This document shows, piece by piece, positions 37,919-47,779 of a stretch of DNA of 64,000 nt (position 1 is the stretch's first letter; each line of letters opens with the position of its first letter). This DNA comes from an uncultured Pelagibacteraceae bacterium (lineage in GTDB: Bacteria > Pseudomonadota > Alphaproteobacteria > Pelagibacterales > AG-422-B15). A model generated the notes under the pieces. That model searched no databases and was not told the DNA's origin. It saw only the letters and a program-made list of their open reading frames with translations. The stretch lies in the NCBI GenBank assembly GCA_902570675.1, contig CACFYZ010000004.1, forward strand, positions 8,755 to 72,754. Direction: 5' to 3'. Made by a program: the position numbers and the translations under genes.

Positions 37919-39687
37919 TAAAGAAGAACCTTACCTTCCTCAGATATTTCTTCCTTTTCAGACTCATTGCCAAGCAACATTTCATTATGAGCCTTACCAG
38001 ATGGAATCATTGGATAAACGTTTTCATTTTCAGTTACGATACAATCAAAAATTACTGGTCCATCATAGTCAATCATTTCTTTGATTGCTTTATCAAGTTC
38101 TCCTGGCGTCGTTGCTCTTATGCCTTTAGCACCATATGCTTCCGCTAGCTTAACAAAATCTGGAAGGGCATCAGTATAGCTGTGAGAGTATCTTTTATCA
38201 TGCAATAGCTCTTGCCACTGTCTAACCATACCCATGTATTGATTGTTGATAATAAATATTTTTACGGGCAGTTTATGTTGAATAGCCGTTGACATTTCTT
38301 GAATACACATCAAGATTGAAGCTTCGCCAGCAATATCAATGACTAATTTTTCTGGATGAGCAACTTGAGCGCCGATGGCAGCTGGTAATCCAAATCCCAT
38401 AGTTCCCAATGCTCCAGAAGTGATCCATCTATTGGGTTTAGCAAACTTATAATACTGAGCCGCCCACATTTGATGCTGACCCACTTCAGTAGTGATGAAA
38501 GCGTCTTTTTCCTTCGTCAAATCATACAATCTTTGAATAGCATGTTGAGGCTTGATTGTTTCTTTATCTTTTTCAAATTTTAATGAGTCCATTTCCTTCC
38601 ATTTATCAATTGTTTTCCACCAATCTTTTATAGGTGCCTTGTTTATTTTATAAACTTTTGACTTCCATAGCTTTATTGCATCTTCTAAAACATGAGCAAT
38701 ATCGCCAACTAAGCCTACATCAACTCTAACAATTTTATTGATTGATGATGGGTCAATATCGATATGAATTTTCTTTGAGTTAGGTGAAAACTCATCAATC
38801 TTTCCAGTTATTCTATCATCAAATCTTGCGCCAATATTAATCATGAGATCACACTTGTTCATCGCCATATTTGCTTCGTACGTGCCATGCATTCCAAGCA
38901 TACCAATGAATTGATTATCATCTCCAGGAAACGCTCCCAGTCCTTGCAATGTTGAGGTGATTGGAAATCCTGTCAAACGAACAAACTCCCGCAACAGCTG
39001 CACAGCAGCATTGCCTGAATTTATAACACCCCCACCAGTATAAAATATTGGCATCTCTGACTCTGCAATAAGTTTTAACGCTTCATCAATCCGGTCAATA
39101 TTAGCTTTTAATTTTGGCCTGTAAGATTTGTGTTTAACAGTTTCAGGTCCTATATACGTTCCTGTTTGGAATTGAATATCTTTTGGTATATCAATCAAGA
39201 CTGGTCCAGGTCTTCCAGTAGAAGCCACGTAAAATGCTTCATGAAGAATTCGGGATAAATCGTTAATATCTTTAACTAGCCAATTATGCTTTGTACAAGG
39301 TCTTGTGATACCAACTGCATCACATTCTTGAAATGCATCTGTTCCAATTAGATGTGTGGGTACCTGACCGCTAATGCACACTAATGGAATTGAGTCCATC
39401 ATAGCATCCGTTAAACCAGTTACTGAGTTAGTAACTCCAGGTCCTGAGGTGACTAGCATTACTCCGACTTTCCCACTAGATCTTGCATAACCCTCTGCGG
39501 CATGAGAAGCACCTTGCTCATGTCTTACTAAAAAATGTCTAATTGGGTTATTGGTTTCTTTGGCTTTTGCCAATTCATCATATATTGGAAGGACTGCTCC
39601 ACCTGGGTAACCAAAGATGGTATCAACTTGATGGTCTTCTAGCGCTTTAAGCACCATTTGTGCACCCGTCATTTGTAAATTTACCAT
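37918..39687 (-). CDS. ilvI: Acetolactate synthase large subunit
   Basis: 589-aa ORF with ThDP-binding GALGTMGFGLPAAIGA...NNQYMGMV motif. Confidence 0.95.
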
Positions 39688-39781
39688 ATTAAATCCCTTT
39701 TAGTTTGAAGAGCACTTTTATGCATTTTTGCATTGAAAGTCAATTATTATGAATAAATGAAAAGTAATAATGTATTCTACT

Positions 39782-40660
39782 TTATATATATTTCTTAATT
39801 TCAATATTTGAAGTAATATTATTACTTTTTATCCAAGTTTGCTGTCTTTTGATATAATTTCTCGTGCTTTGTTTCACTCTATTTTTGCAAGTATCTAAAT
39901 CAATCAGGTTTTCAAGGTAATCTCTTATTTCTCTTACACCAATTGCCTTCATGAGAGAGGAGTCAGGATCATAATTTCTTTCAAGTAAATTGTTAACTTC
40001 ATCAATTACTCCTTCGTTAAACATTTTTTCAGTTCTCTTTTCAGCTCTCTGATAAAGAATTGATCTGTCATTGTCTGTATTGAGTATCTTAAAATTTACA
40101 TCATTTAGAAGATTATGATTTTCTACTTGCCATTCCTCTAAAACTTTATTTGTTTGTTTTAAAAGTGAGTAACTTCTTACTATTCTCTGTCTATCATTTA
40201 AATTAATTTTGGTTTCATTATATTTTTTCTTTATTTCGTTATAGAGAAAAGTAATACCTTTTCTATTTAACAAAGAGTCAACCTCTTCTTTAATTTCCCT
40301 TTTTATAAAAGGTATATGAGAAATACCTTCTATTAGAACTTTGATATACAATCCTGTTCCTCCAACAATAATTGGTAGAATATTTTCTTTAAAACATAAG
40401 TTTATTTCTTCGATTGCTTTATCTAACCACAAAGCAGCTGTGCAATTATTATTTCCACTTAAGATACCATATAACCGATGATCATAGAGTGATACGATTT
40501 GCTCACCTGGTCTATCAGTCAATATATGTAAATCTTTATAAATTTGAAGACTGTCTGAATTAATAATGGCAGCTTTAGTTTTACTTGCTGCTTTGTTTGC
40601 TATATAGGATTTACCACTAGCTGTAGGTCCAAAGATTATTAGAACATCTCTTTGACTCAT
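39782..40660 (-). CDS. miaA: tRNA dimethylallyltransferase
   Basis: 292-aa ORF with P-loop GPTASGKS and SLQIYKDL motif. Confidence 0.9.
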   Translation of the reverse strand: MSQRDVLIIFGPTASGKSYIANKAASKTKAAIINSDSLQIYKDLHILTDRPGEQIVSLYDHRLYGILSGNNNCTAALWLDKAIEEINLCFKENILPIIVGGTGLYIKVLIEGISHIPFIKREIKEEVDSLLNRKGITFLYNEIKKKYNETKINLNDRQRIVRSYSLLKQTNKVLEEWQVENHNLLNDVNFKILNTDNDRSILYQRAEKRTEKMFNEGVIDEVNNLLERNYDPDSSLMKAIGVREIRDYLENLIDLDTCKNRVKQSTRNYIKRQQTWIKSNNITSNIEIKKYI

Positions 40661-40666
40661 ATGAAT

Positions 40667-42064
40667 TTAGTCAAGAGATAATCTGGCGCCAATATATTTT
40701 CTTGAGTTAGGTCCAGCATAGAAAACAATTAATATATTCTCTTTGCCTTGCGCAATAACATCATCAATGATTGACAGTACATCACCCGTCGATTTAACTG
40801 ATTTGTTTTGTATTTCGATTATTACGTCATCCTTATTAATATTCTGTCTATTGAGGAATGAATCATTATTTATGTCAGTTATAATTATACCCTGAAGAGA
40901 TGAGGAGAGTTGTAGCCTGGTTTTGTCTTCATCAGACAAGGCTTTTATTTTTATCCCTAACTCCTTTACGAATACTGATGAACCATTGTTTTCTATTGAT
41001 GCTAATTCATCAAGTGAAGGTTGTTTACCAAGATTTACATAAAGTACTTTTTCAGACTCATTTCGCCATACAGTGACTTTTGTAGATTGACCAACACCGG
41101 CCTCAGCTACAAGCTTAGGGAGCGTTTGAACAGAGTCAACGATCTTATTATTGAATTCAATTATAATATCACCCTCTTTTATCCCACCTCCCAAAGCAGG
41201 ACTATCAGGAGTTAATCCCTGAACTAATGCGCCATATGTTCTGCTTAAACCGAGACTCTGTGCAATTTCATCAGTTACTTCTTGAATGCGAACTCCTAAC
41301 CAAGCCCTCTCAATTTCTCCATTGTTTTTTAACTGGTTAATAATGTTGCTGGCCAGATTGGACGGTATGGCAAATCCTATACCGATTGATCCACCGCTTG
41401 GTGATATAATCATTGAATTGACACCTATCACTTTTCCCTCAAGATCAAATAATGGCCCACCAGAGTTCCCTCTATTAATAGATGCATCAGTTTGAATAAA
41501 ATCGTCATATCTTCCTCCAAGCATTCGGCCTCTAGCTGATACAATCCCAGCTGTGACTGTGCCTCCAAGACCATGAGGATTACCAATAGCCATTACCCAA
41601 TTGCCAACTTTTGCTGTATCAGAGTCACCAAACTCTAAAAACGGGAGATTCTTATTATCAACTTTTAATAAAGCAAGATCTGTTTCAGCATCAAATGCAA
41701 TTAGTTTTGCTTCTAACTTTAAACCATCTGTAAATGTTACTTGTATATCACTAGCATTCTCCACCACGTGATTATTTGTAACAATGAAACCATCACTAGA
41801 AATTACAAAACCGGATCCTAAAGAACTAAATTTTCTTTCTGATGGTTCTGAGCGTGGCGTATTAAAAGGGAAATTAAAAAAATCTTCAATAGATGGTACT
41901 TGAGCTCCGGTTTGCTCGATTGTGCCAGTCGTCGATATATTAACAACTGACGGTGATACCTTTTCGGCCAAATCTGAAAATGTATCTGGACCATTAAAAC
42001 TATAAGCATTTCCAACATAGATATTAAAAATAAAAGTAATTATTAAAAATCTGATTGCAGTCAT
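40667..42064 (-). CDS. degP: Periplasmic serine endoprotease DegP/HtrA (two PDZ domains)
   Basis: Catalytic TNNHVV (His), DLALLK (Asp) and GNSGGPL (Ser). Start at MTAIRFLIITF (42064) is preferred because it gives a signal peptide and an ATGA overlap with the upstream gene. Confidence 0.9.
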   Translation of the reverse strand: MTAIRFLIITFIFNIYVGNAYSFNGPDTFSDLAEKVSPSVVNISTTGTIEQTGAQVPSIEDFFNFPFNTPRSEPSERKFSSLGSGFVISSDGFIVTNNHVVENASDIQVTFTDGLKLEAKLIAFDAETDLALLKVDNKNLPFLEFGDSDTAKVGNWVMAIGNPHGLGGTVTAGIVSARGRMLGGRYDDFIQTDASINRGNSGGPLFDLEGKVIGVNSMIISPSGGSIGIGFAIPSNLASNIINQLKNNGEIERAWLGVRIQEVTDEIAQSLGLSRTYGALVQGLTPDSPALGGGIKEGDIIIEFNNKIVDSVQTLPKLVAEAGVGQSTKVTVWRNESEKVLYVNLGKQPSLDELASIENNGSSVFVKELGIKIKALSDEDKTRLQLSSSLQGIIITDINNDSFLNRQNINKDDVIIEIQNKSVKSTGDVLSIIDDVIAQGKENILIVFYAGPNSRKYIGARLSLD

Positions 42065-42252
42065 TATCTCATTGCGTTCCATAGCATTAAAAATCCTAGT
42101 ATAGCTGACATTAACCCGCCCCATTTAAGAGAGTCATTGCTCATCTCTGTCATTTTAATAATCATTGATTTCATTCTATTTGGAAATATGGCGTAAAGAA
42201 GACCTTCTAAAATCAAAAGCATGCCGAGTGCGCCTATTATAAACTTTATCAT
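42064..42252 (-). CDS. DUF2065-like small membrane protein
   Basis: 62-aa two-helix ORF immediately downstream of hflC, the usual position of DUF2065 genes. Confidence 0.55.
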   Translation of the reverse strand: MIKFIIGALGMLLILEGLLYAIFPNRMKSMIIKMTEMSNDSLKWGGLMSAILGFLMLWNAMR

Positions 42253-42269
42253 TAGACAAATGATTTTTA

Positions 42270-43139
42270 TTATTCGCTTTCGCCGCTATACGTTCCAAAG
42301 TATTGGAAAAATTCACTTTCTGGAGAAAGTATCATCGTTGTATCAGAGCTTTTCAGACCTTCAGCGTAAGCTTGCATAGCTCTGTAAAAAGCAAAAAACT
42401 CTGGGTCTTTACCAAAAGCTTCTGCAAAGACTTTGTTTGCCATTCCATCACCTTCACCCCTAGTGATATTAGCTTGTTTTTCAGCTTGTGATTTTATAAT
42501 GGTAACTTCTTTGTCTGCAGTAGATCTAATTTTCTGAGCCATTTCAGCTCCTTTTGCCCTAAACTCTCGAGCCTCCCTTTCACGTTCAGTTTGCATTCTT
42601 CCAAAAATTGCTTGGCTATTTGCTTCAGGTAAATCCGCTCGTTTAATTCTGACATCAACAATTTCTATACCAAAATCACTTACCTCAGCTTCAGCAAGCG
42701 CTGTGATTTGTTTCATTAGATTAGATCGATTATCAGATAAGACTTCTGCTAATGGCTCTTCACCAAGCACACCTCTTATCCTTGAATTTACCACTGCAGA
42801 AATTCTTGATCTCGCAACATTTTCGTTACCAAAAGCCTTATAAAACTCTAGGACGTCAACGATTTTGAATTTAACATAAGCATCTACAATAAGTCTTTTT
42901 TGGTCAGCTGCAATGACCTCGGCTGCAGGAGCATCGATATCTAATATTCTGTTATCAATAAATACTACGTTTTGTATAAAAGGTATTTTAAAGTTTAAAC
43001 CAGGTTCAGTAATAACTCTTTTTGGGTCACCAAATTGAAGCACAATTGCATTTTTAATCTCCAGAACTGTAAATAAAGTAAAATAGCCCACAATTGCTAT
43101 TAGGCCAACAATCAACAAGGATAATCTTCCCATAGACAT
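42270..43139 (-). CDS. hflC: Protease modulator HflC (SPFH domain)
   Basis: 289-aa ORF with an N-terminal anchor and an SPFH/band-7 core. It lies directly after hflK. Confidence 0.9.
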   Translation of the reverse strand: MSMGRLSLLIVGLIAIVGYFTLFTVLEIKNAIVLQFGDPKRVITEPGLNFKIPFIQNVVFIDNRILDIDAPAAEVIAADQKRLIVDAYVKFKIVDVLEFYKAFGNENVARSRISAVVNSRIRGVLGEEPLAEVLSDNRSNLMKQITALAEAEVSDFGIEIVDVRIKRADLPEANSQAIFGRMQTEREREAREFRAKGAEMAQKIRSTADKEVTIIKSQAEKQANITRGEGDGMANKVFAEAFGKDPEFFAFYRAMQAYAEGLKSSDTTMILSPESEFFQYFGTYSGESE

Positions 43140-43140
43140 A

Positions 43141-44217
43141 TTAATTTTGACCTTTCTTACTTAATTCTGGTAACGGTAAGTAAGGTACAACTGAGTCGCC
43201 GCCAGCTTTATCTATTATTACTTTATCCATATCAGAAAATACATCTTCCATTGTTTCGTAAAAAATCCTCTTTTTTGTAACTGCAGGTGCTTTAGCGTAC
43301 TCACTTTGAATCGATAGAAATCTTGCAGCTTTACCTTCAGAGTCTGCAATCACTTTCTGACGATAACCTTCTGCTAGCTGCAATATTTGTTCTGCCTCAC
43401 CTCTAGCTCTTGGAATAATATCATTAGCATAAGCCTCGGCCTCATTTCTTTGTCTTTCCATATCAGCTCTTGCTGCTTGTACATCTCTGAATGCATCAAT
43501 CACTTGAGCTGGTGGATCAGCTTTTTGAGTTTGAACTTGAGTAATTGTTATACCCGTTTCATAGCTGTCAAGAATTTCCTGAATAAGCACTCTGGTTTTA
43601 TCTTCAATTTCTGTTCTTCCTTCAGTTAAAATAGATTGGATCCCACCCTGACCTATGGACTCACGCATTGAGGTTTCTGCCGCATTTTTGACTGTAAGCT
43701 CTGGTGACTGCACATTAAAAAGAAACTTACCCGCATCATTAATTAGCCAGAATATAGAAAAATCGATATCAACAATATTTTCATCGCCTGTGAGCATTAA
43801 GCTTTCTTCTTCAACATCTCTAATAGCAGTGACTCTTGAATCAGGACTTTGTCTGTAACCTACATCTATTCGATTTATTTTAGTTACTTTAGGAGTGAAA
43901 ACTCTCTCTATCGGAAAAGGTAAGTGGTAATTTAATCCTGGTTGCGTAGTTTTAGTATACTTTCCAAATTGAAGAACGACTCCTTGCTCGTCTGGAAGGA
44001 CCCTATAAAAGCCACTAGCAAGCCAAATTAGTATCAATATACCAATAATGACGAGTGGACCAAGTTTTCCAAAAAAAGAACCAGGCATCATTCCTTTAAA
44101 ACGATTCTGGGCGTTTCTAATTACGTCATCCATGTTGGGTCCTGAGCCGCGTCGACCACTACCATTACCGGGAGAACCCCATGGATCGTTGTTATTATTA
44201 TTATCGGACCAAGACAT
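43141..44217 (-). CDS. hflK: Protease modulator HflK (SPFH domain)
   Basis: 358-aa ORF with a Gly/Asn-rich N-terminus (NNNNNDPWGSPGNGSG), a TM anchor and an SPFH core. Confidence 0.9.
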   Translation of the reverse strand: MSWSDNNNNNDPWGSPGNGSGRRGSGPNMDDVIRNAQNRFKGMMPGSFFGKLGPLVIIGILILIWLASGFYRVLPDEQGVVLQFGKYTKTTQPGLNYHLPFPIERVFTPKVTKINRIDVGYRQSPDSRVTAIRDVEEESLMLTGDENIVDIDFSIFWLINDAGKFLFNVQSPELTVKNAAETSMRESIGQGGIQSILTEGRTEIEDKTRVLIQEILDSYETGITITQVQTQKADPPAQVIDAFRDVQAARADMERQRNEAEAYANDIIPRARGEAEQILQLAEGYRQKVIADSEGKAARFLSIQSEYAKAPAVTKKRIFYETMEDVFSDMDKVIIDKAGGDSVVPYLPLPELSKKGQN

Positions 44218-44326
44218 AAATATTTTAGAATTTTAATTTATATATGATAAAATAAGTTAAAAGCAATTAATTACCAATATACATGTGTTATATTGGCATT
44301 ATTACAAAGAATACAAGCTCAAAAAA

Positions 44327-45412
44327 ATGGCAGAAACTCTCGAAAACAAAGCATTACATCTATTAGGACAAGTTATGAGTGAAGAATTTGACCAGAATAT
44401 TGTTTCTCTTGGAATGGTTAAGAATATTACGGCTAACGACGGACAAATTGACTGTATTCTTGAGTTTAAAGATATAGATCAGCGCAAAAATGATAAAATT
44501 ATTAATGATGCAAAAAATACTCTTAATGAAATACCGGGAGTTACTAGAGTTAATATTATTACAACTCATCATCGCCAAAATGATTCAACTCAGGATCAAA
44601 AAAATAGACCAATCGAAAAAACCCATAATGTTGGAACTAACGAGATTAAATATATTTTAGCGGTAGCATCCGGCAAAGGTGGAGTTGGAAAATCAACAAT
44701 TGCGGTAAATCTTGCATGTGCATTCAAAAAACTTGGATACAAAACGTGTTTGCTCGATGCTGATATTTACGGACCCTCAATACCAAAAATGATTGGAGTT
44801 CAAGAAAAGCCATTATCAGATGGTAAAAAAATTGAGACCATTGACCGATATGGGCTGTCAACTATGTCAATGGGTTATATGGTAAACGATGAAAATCCAA
44901 TAATTTGGAGAGGCCTTATGGTAATGAAGGCAATCAATGAAATGATTGAGAAAGTTAATTGGGGCAAAGCTGATATAATGGTTATCGATCTTCCACCAGG
45001 CACAGGTGACGTTCAACTATCATTAATTCAAAAAATAAAAATTTCGGGAAGCTTAATTGTAACTACACCTCAAGACATCGCTTTAATTGATGTTGTAAGA
45101 GGATTAAAAATGTTTGAAAAAACTCAAGTTCCAATTCTAGGTATAATCGAAAATATGAGCTACTTCCTCGCTCCCGACACAGGAAAAGAATATAAACTTT
45201 ATGGTGAAAGCAAAACAAAAGATATCTCAGAAAAATATGACTATGAAATTTTAGCAAATCTACCTCACGATCCATTATTGATGGATCAATGTGACAAGGG
45301 GCACCCTCTTACGGAATTAGTCCCCGATCACAAAGTGAGTCAGATATTTTTGGATTTGGCTGAAACTCTTATGAAAAAATTGAAGTTAGAACAATTGGCG
45401 AAAACTAATTAA
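44327..45412 (+). CDS. Mrp/ApbC/NBP35-family P-loop ATPase with N-terminal DUF59-like domain; CXXC motif absent
   Basis: [11 protein letters not shown] deviant Walker A and Mrp signature [18 protein letters not shown]. The normally conserved ENMSxxxCxxCG reads [15 protein letters not shown] at 44327 preferred. Confidence 0.85.
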   Translation: MAETLENKALHLLGQVMSEEFDQNIVSLGMVKNITANDGQIDCILEFKDIDQRKNDKIINDAKNTLNEIPGVTRVNIITTHHRQNDSTQDQKNRPIEKTHNVGTNEIKYILAVASGKGGVGKSTIAVNLACAFKKLGYKTCLLDADIYGPSIPKMIGVQEKPLSDGKKIETIDRYGLSTMSMGYMVNDENPIIWRGLMVMKAINEMIEKVNWGKADIMVIDLPPGTGDVQLSLIQKIKISGSLIVTTPQDIALIDVVRGLKMFEKTQVPILGIIENMSYFLAPDTGKEYKLYGESKTKDISEKYDYEILANLPHDPLLMDQCDKGHPLTELVPDHKVSQIFLDLAETLMKKLKLEQLAKTN

Positions 45413-46340
45413 TATCAAATTTTTTCTGCAATTCGCTCCATTCTCTTTTTGATAAACCTTCTTCTTCATAAGATACTTTTTCACCCTTAAGAAGTTTTTT
45501 CATCAGCGTAATTTCTTTTGCAGAGAGTTCTGCGCCACCAATTCTATAATCTTCAAATGCCGCATAAGTTAGAGGTACCCACCTTTTTACAATATCCAAC
45601 ATGATATCTGCATATACGCGTATCTCATATTGTGCATGATCATCCGCTCTAAGAGCAAGAAAGTGAAGAAGGTTATTCAAATCTATTTTCCAATACCACT
45701 GAGTATACGTATTTAAGGTAAGATTCATTCGAGCTAACTCTCTTGCGATGCCCGATTTACTTTCATCAATAATATTTCCACCTGAATTTTCATTAAGTAA
45801 AGTTTCATAATTCGAATATGTTTGCTCAGCATCTTTTTTTAAGATTTGAATAACATTTGATGCTTCGTCATCTGTTAATGCATCGCCTCTTCCCTGATTG
45901 TTTATAGCTGATTGAGCTGCGAGATTTTCAGCAGACGGAATATAAAATTCTTTATCAAGAATTGAATATCTTGCAGAATATTCATTAACATTGGCTGTTC
46001 TATGCCGTATCCACTGCCGAGCAATAAAGATTGGAAGCTTAATATGAAATTTTATCTCACACATTTCAAATGGCGTGGAGTGCCGGTGTCTCATTAAATA
46101 TTTAATTAACCCTTTATCGTTTGAAATTTTTTTAGTTCCTTTGCCGTATGAAACTCTCGCAGATTGAACAATCGAACTATCATCACCCATATAATCAATA
46201 ACTCTGACAAAGCCATGATCAAGGACTTCAATGGGTTTATATAAAACAGCTTCTAATTCAGGGGCTGTAACTCGAGCAGTTTCTGATCTTTCGGATCGAA
46301 GTGCTTCTATTTCTGCTAATTGTTCTTTATTTACTGGCAT
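45405..46340 (-). CDS. thyX: Flavin-dependent thymidylate synthase
   Basis: 311-aa ORF with the ThyX motif [15 protein letters not shown] plus the upstream RHRHSTPFE. Confidence 0.93.
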   Translation of the reverse strand: MPVNKEQLAEIEALRSERSETARVTAPELEAVLYKPIEVLDHGFVRVIDYMGDDSSIVQSARVSYGKGTKKISNDKGLIKYLMRHRHSTPFEMCEIKFHIKLPIFIARQWIRHRTANVNEYSARYSILDKEFYIPSAENLAAQSAINNQGRGDALTDDEASNVIQILKKDAEQTYSNYETLLNENSGGNIIDESKSGIARELARMNLTLNTYTQWYWKIDLNNLLHFLALRADDHAQYEIRVYADIMLDIVKRWVPLTYAAFEDYRIGGAELSAKEITLMKKLLKGEKVSYEEEGLSKREWSELQKKFDIN

Positions 46341-46420
46341 TTTTTTGAATCAAATAATATTCACATAATATATTCAGAATACTGTCTTTAAAAAGTCTCA
46401 ATATCAAACTATATTCAAAA

Positions 46421-46680
46421 TGCTGGGGATATCCTAGCTATAGAGATAAACGACTTACGTAATACCCATTACGGACCCGGGGGCGGTACCCGGCACCTCC
46501 ACCATAATTTAGGGGGTGATATAGGATCGACGAATGTTTAAAGGTAAGTTTTTCTTTCGGTATTGTTCCGCCGTTATCGGGCTAATTTTATAAATGCTAA
46601 CAATAAAGTAGCACTCGCTGCTTAAGTTTACTTAAGCTAGCGCGGTTCGGGAGGCACCGGGCAACAGAAGCCTCCCACTT
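46421..46680 (+). ncRNA. ssrA: Two-piece (circularly permuted) tmRNA gene: acceptor piece, short spacer, coding piece
   Basis: The T-arm-like CCGGG-GGCGGTA-CCCGG is followed by CACCTCC-ACCA ending at 46504. The 5' end GGGGGTG at 46512 pairs with CACCTCC and gives a G3:U pair. The tag ORF is GCT AAC AAT AAA GTA GCA CTC GCT GCT TAA (46596-46625), encoding ANNKVALAA. Outer ends are approximate. Confidence 0.8.
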
Positions 46681-46725
46681 CACATATAAAATATTAAAAA
46701 CTTTTTTTACCTATTTAAATTGATT

Positions 46726-47565
46726 TTAGTAAAAATTTTGGAAGATATTAAAAATATCCTGCACTGAATAAATTTCACTTCCACTATTTTTAAGATCTTT
46801 TAATAATCGTGGTTTGATTAAGTCGTGTTGAAACTCATCGACTCTTAAAGTTCCCGAGTCATCAAAATCATAATTTTTAAGAATTATTTCAGAAATGCTT
46901 GGTGCAATTGCAACGGCAATCATATTAGGAACACCAATAAAATCTCCGCTTATCTCTTGTTGATTTAAAAGAAAATAAGTGTAAAGTGCCAACGTCTTTA
47001 ATGCTCGGGTTAATTCTGCAGAAGACAAATTTCCATCATTGGTGATATCAATGTAATTAAATAAACTTTTAATACATTTTTTTGAGTTAATGTTCGAACC
47101 GCTGCATGAGGTTGGTACTTCACTGGCTGAAAAATCAATTATTGTTTTAAAATTTTCATTAGTTAAATACCGAACTTCTTCGCATCTATAGTAGATACTT
47201 CCTTCATTATTTAAAAATTCTTTATTACTTTTATCCCAATCATCAGGGCTGCTTTTCTCAATTAGAGAGTTATTTTCAATTTTATAAAAATAGTAAACTT
47301 CATCTGTTATTTTATCTTCGGCAATCATGTAATCATGAAACTTTCCAACTTTACCAATGTCTAACTGATTGTAAGGATACTCAGATTCACTTAAATAGAG
47401 AAATGCATTTTCAAAAATTATATACGTATTAGATTCAAAATTGTCGTTAGTACAATTTGTACTCCACACTCCATGAAATTCTTTTGATACATTTTGATCG
47501 AATGTTAATTCTGCAACGGCTACATTTGGTAAGATTAAAATAAAAAATAAATATAATTTTTTCAT
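46726..47565 (-). CDS. Secreted/periplasmic protein with a C-terminal EF-hand pair (unknown function)
   Basis: 279-aa ORF with signal peptide MKKLYLFFILILPNVAVA. Ca-binding-loop-like DITNDGNLSSAE and DFDDSGTLRVDE are spaced about 60 aa apart. Four Cys. Confidence 0.6.
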   Translation of the reverse strand: MKKLYLFFILILPNVAVAELTFDQNVSKEFHGVWSTNCTNDNFESNTYIIFENAFLYLSESEYPYNQLDIGKVGKFHDYMIAEDKITDEVYYFYKIENNSLIEKSSPDDWDKSNKEFLNNEGSIYYRCEEVRYLTNENFKTIIDFSASEVPTSCSGSNINSKKCIKSLFNYIDITNDGNLSSAELTRALKTLALYTYFLLNQQEISGDFIGVPNMIAVAIAPSISEIILKNYDFDDSGTLRVDEFQHDLIKPRLLKDLKNSGSEIYSVQDIFNIFQNFY

Positions 47566-47779
47566 GTTTTTATAATATGATTATTATTTAAAAAAAATAT
47601 TAATAATATAACTTTTTATAGTGTATTTATGATTCCTTACTATTTAACTGCTGTATTGCTTCTTTTTGTTCTGTTAATGGCTTTTCATTTTGGTTTTGCT
47701 GTAGTTTAATTTGTCAATTGCATTGAAATTATCTAAATAAGTTACCATATGAATATTATGGTATTATAATACAAAGTTT

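Noticed and set aside
39689-39733. 14-codon minus-strand uORF (MQKCIKVLFKLKGI) ending 1 nt before the ilvI ATG, considered as an ilv leader peptide
   Set aside because: Only 5 of 14 residues are Ile/Val/Leu, with no consecutive run. There is no alternative-hairpin or terminator structure in the 94-nt spacer. This is insufficient to call an attenuator.
44274-44296. CCAATATA-N7-TATATTGG inverted repeat in the hflK/mrp divergent spacer
   Set aside because: The arms are almost pure A/T, so such dyads are expected by chance in promoter regions of this genome. No link to a known heat-shock or envelope-stress promoter consensus was seen.
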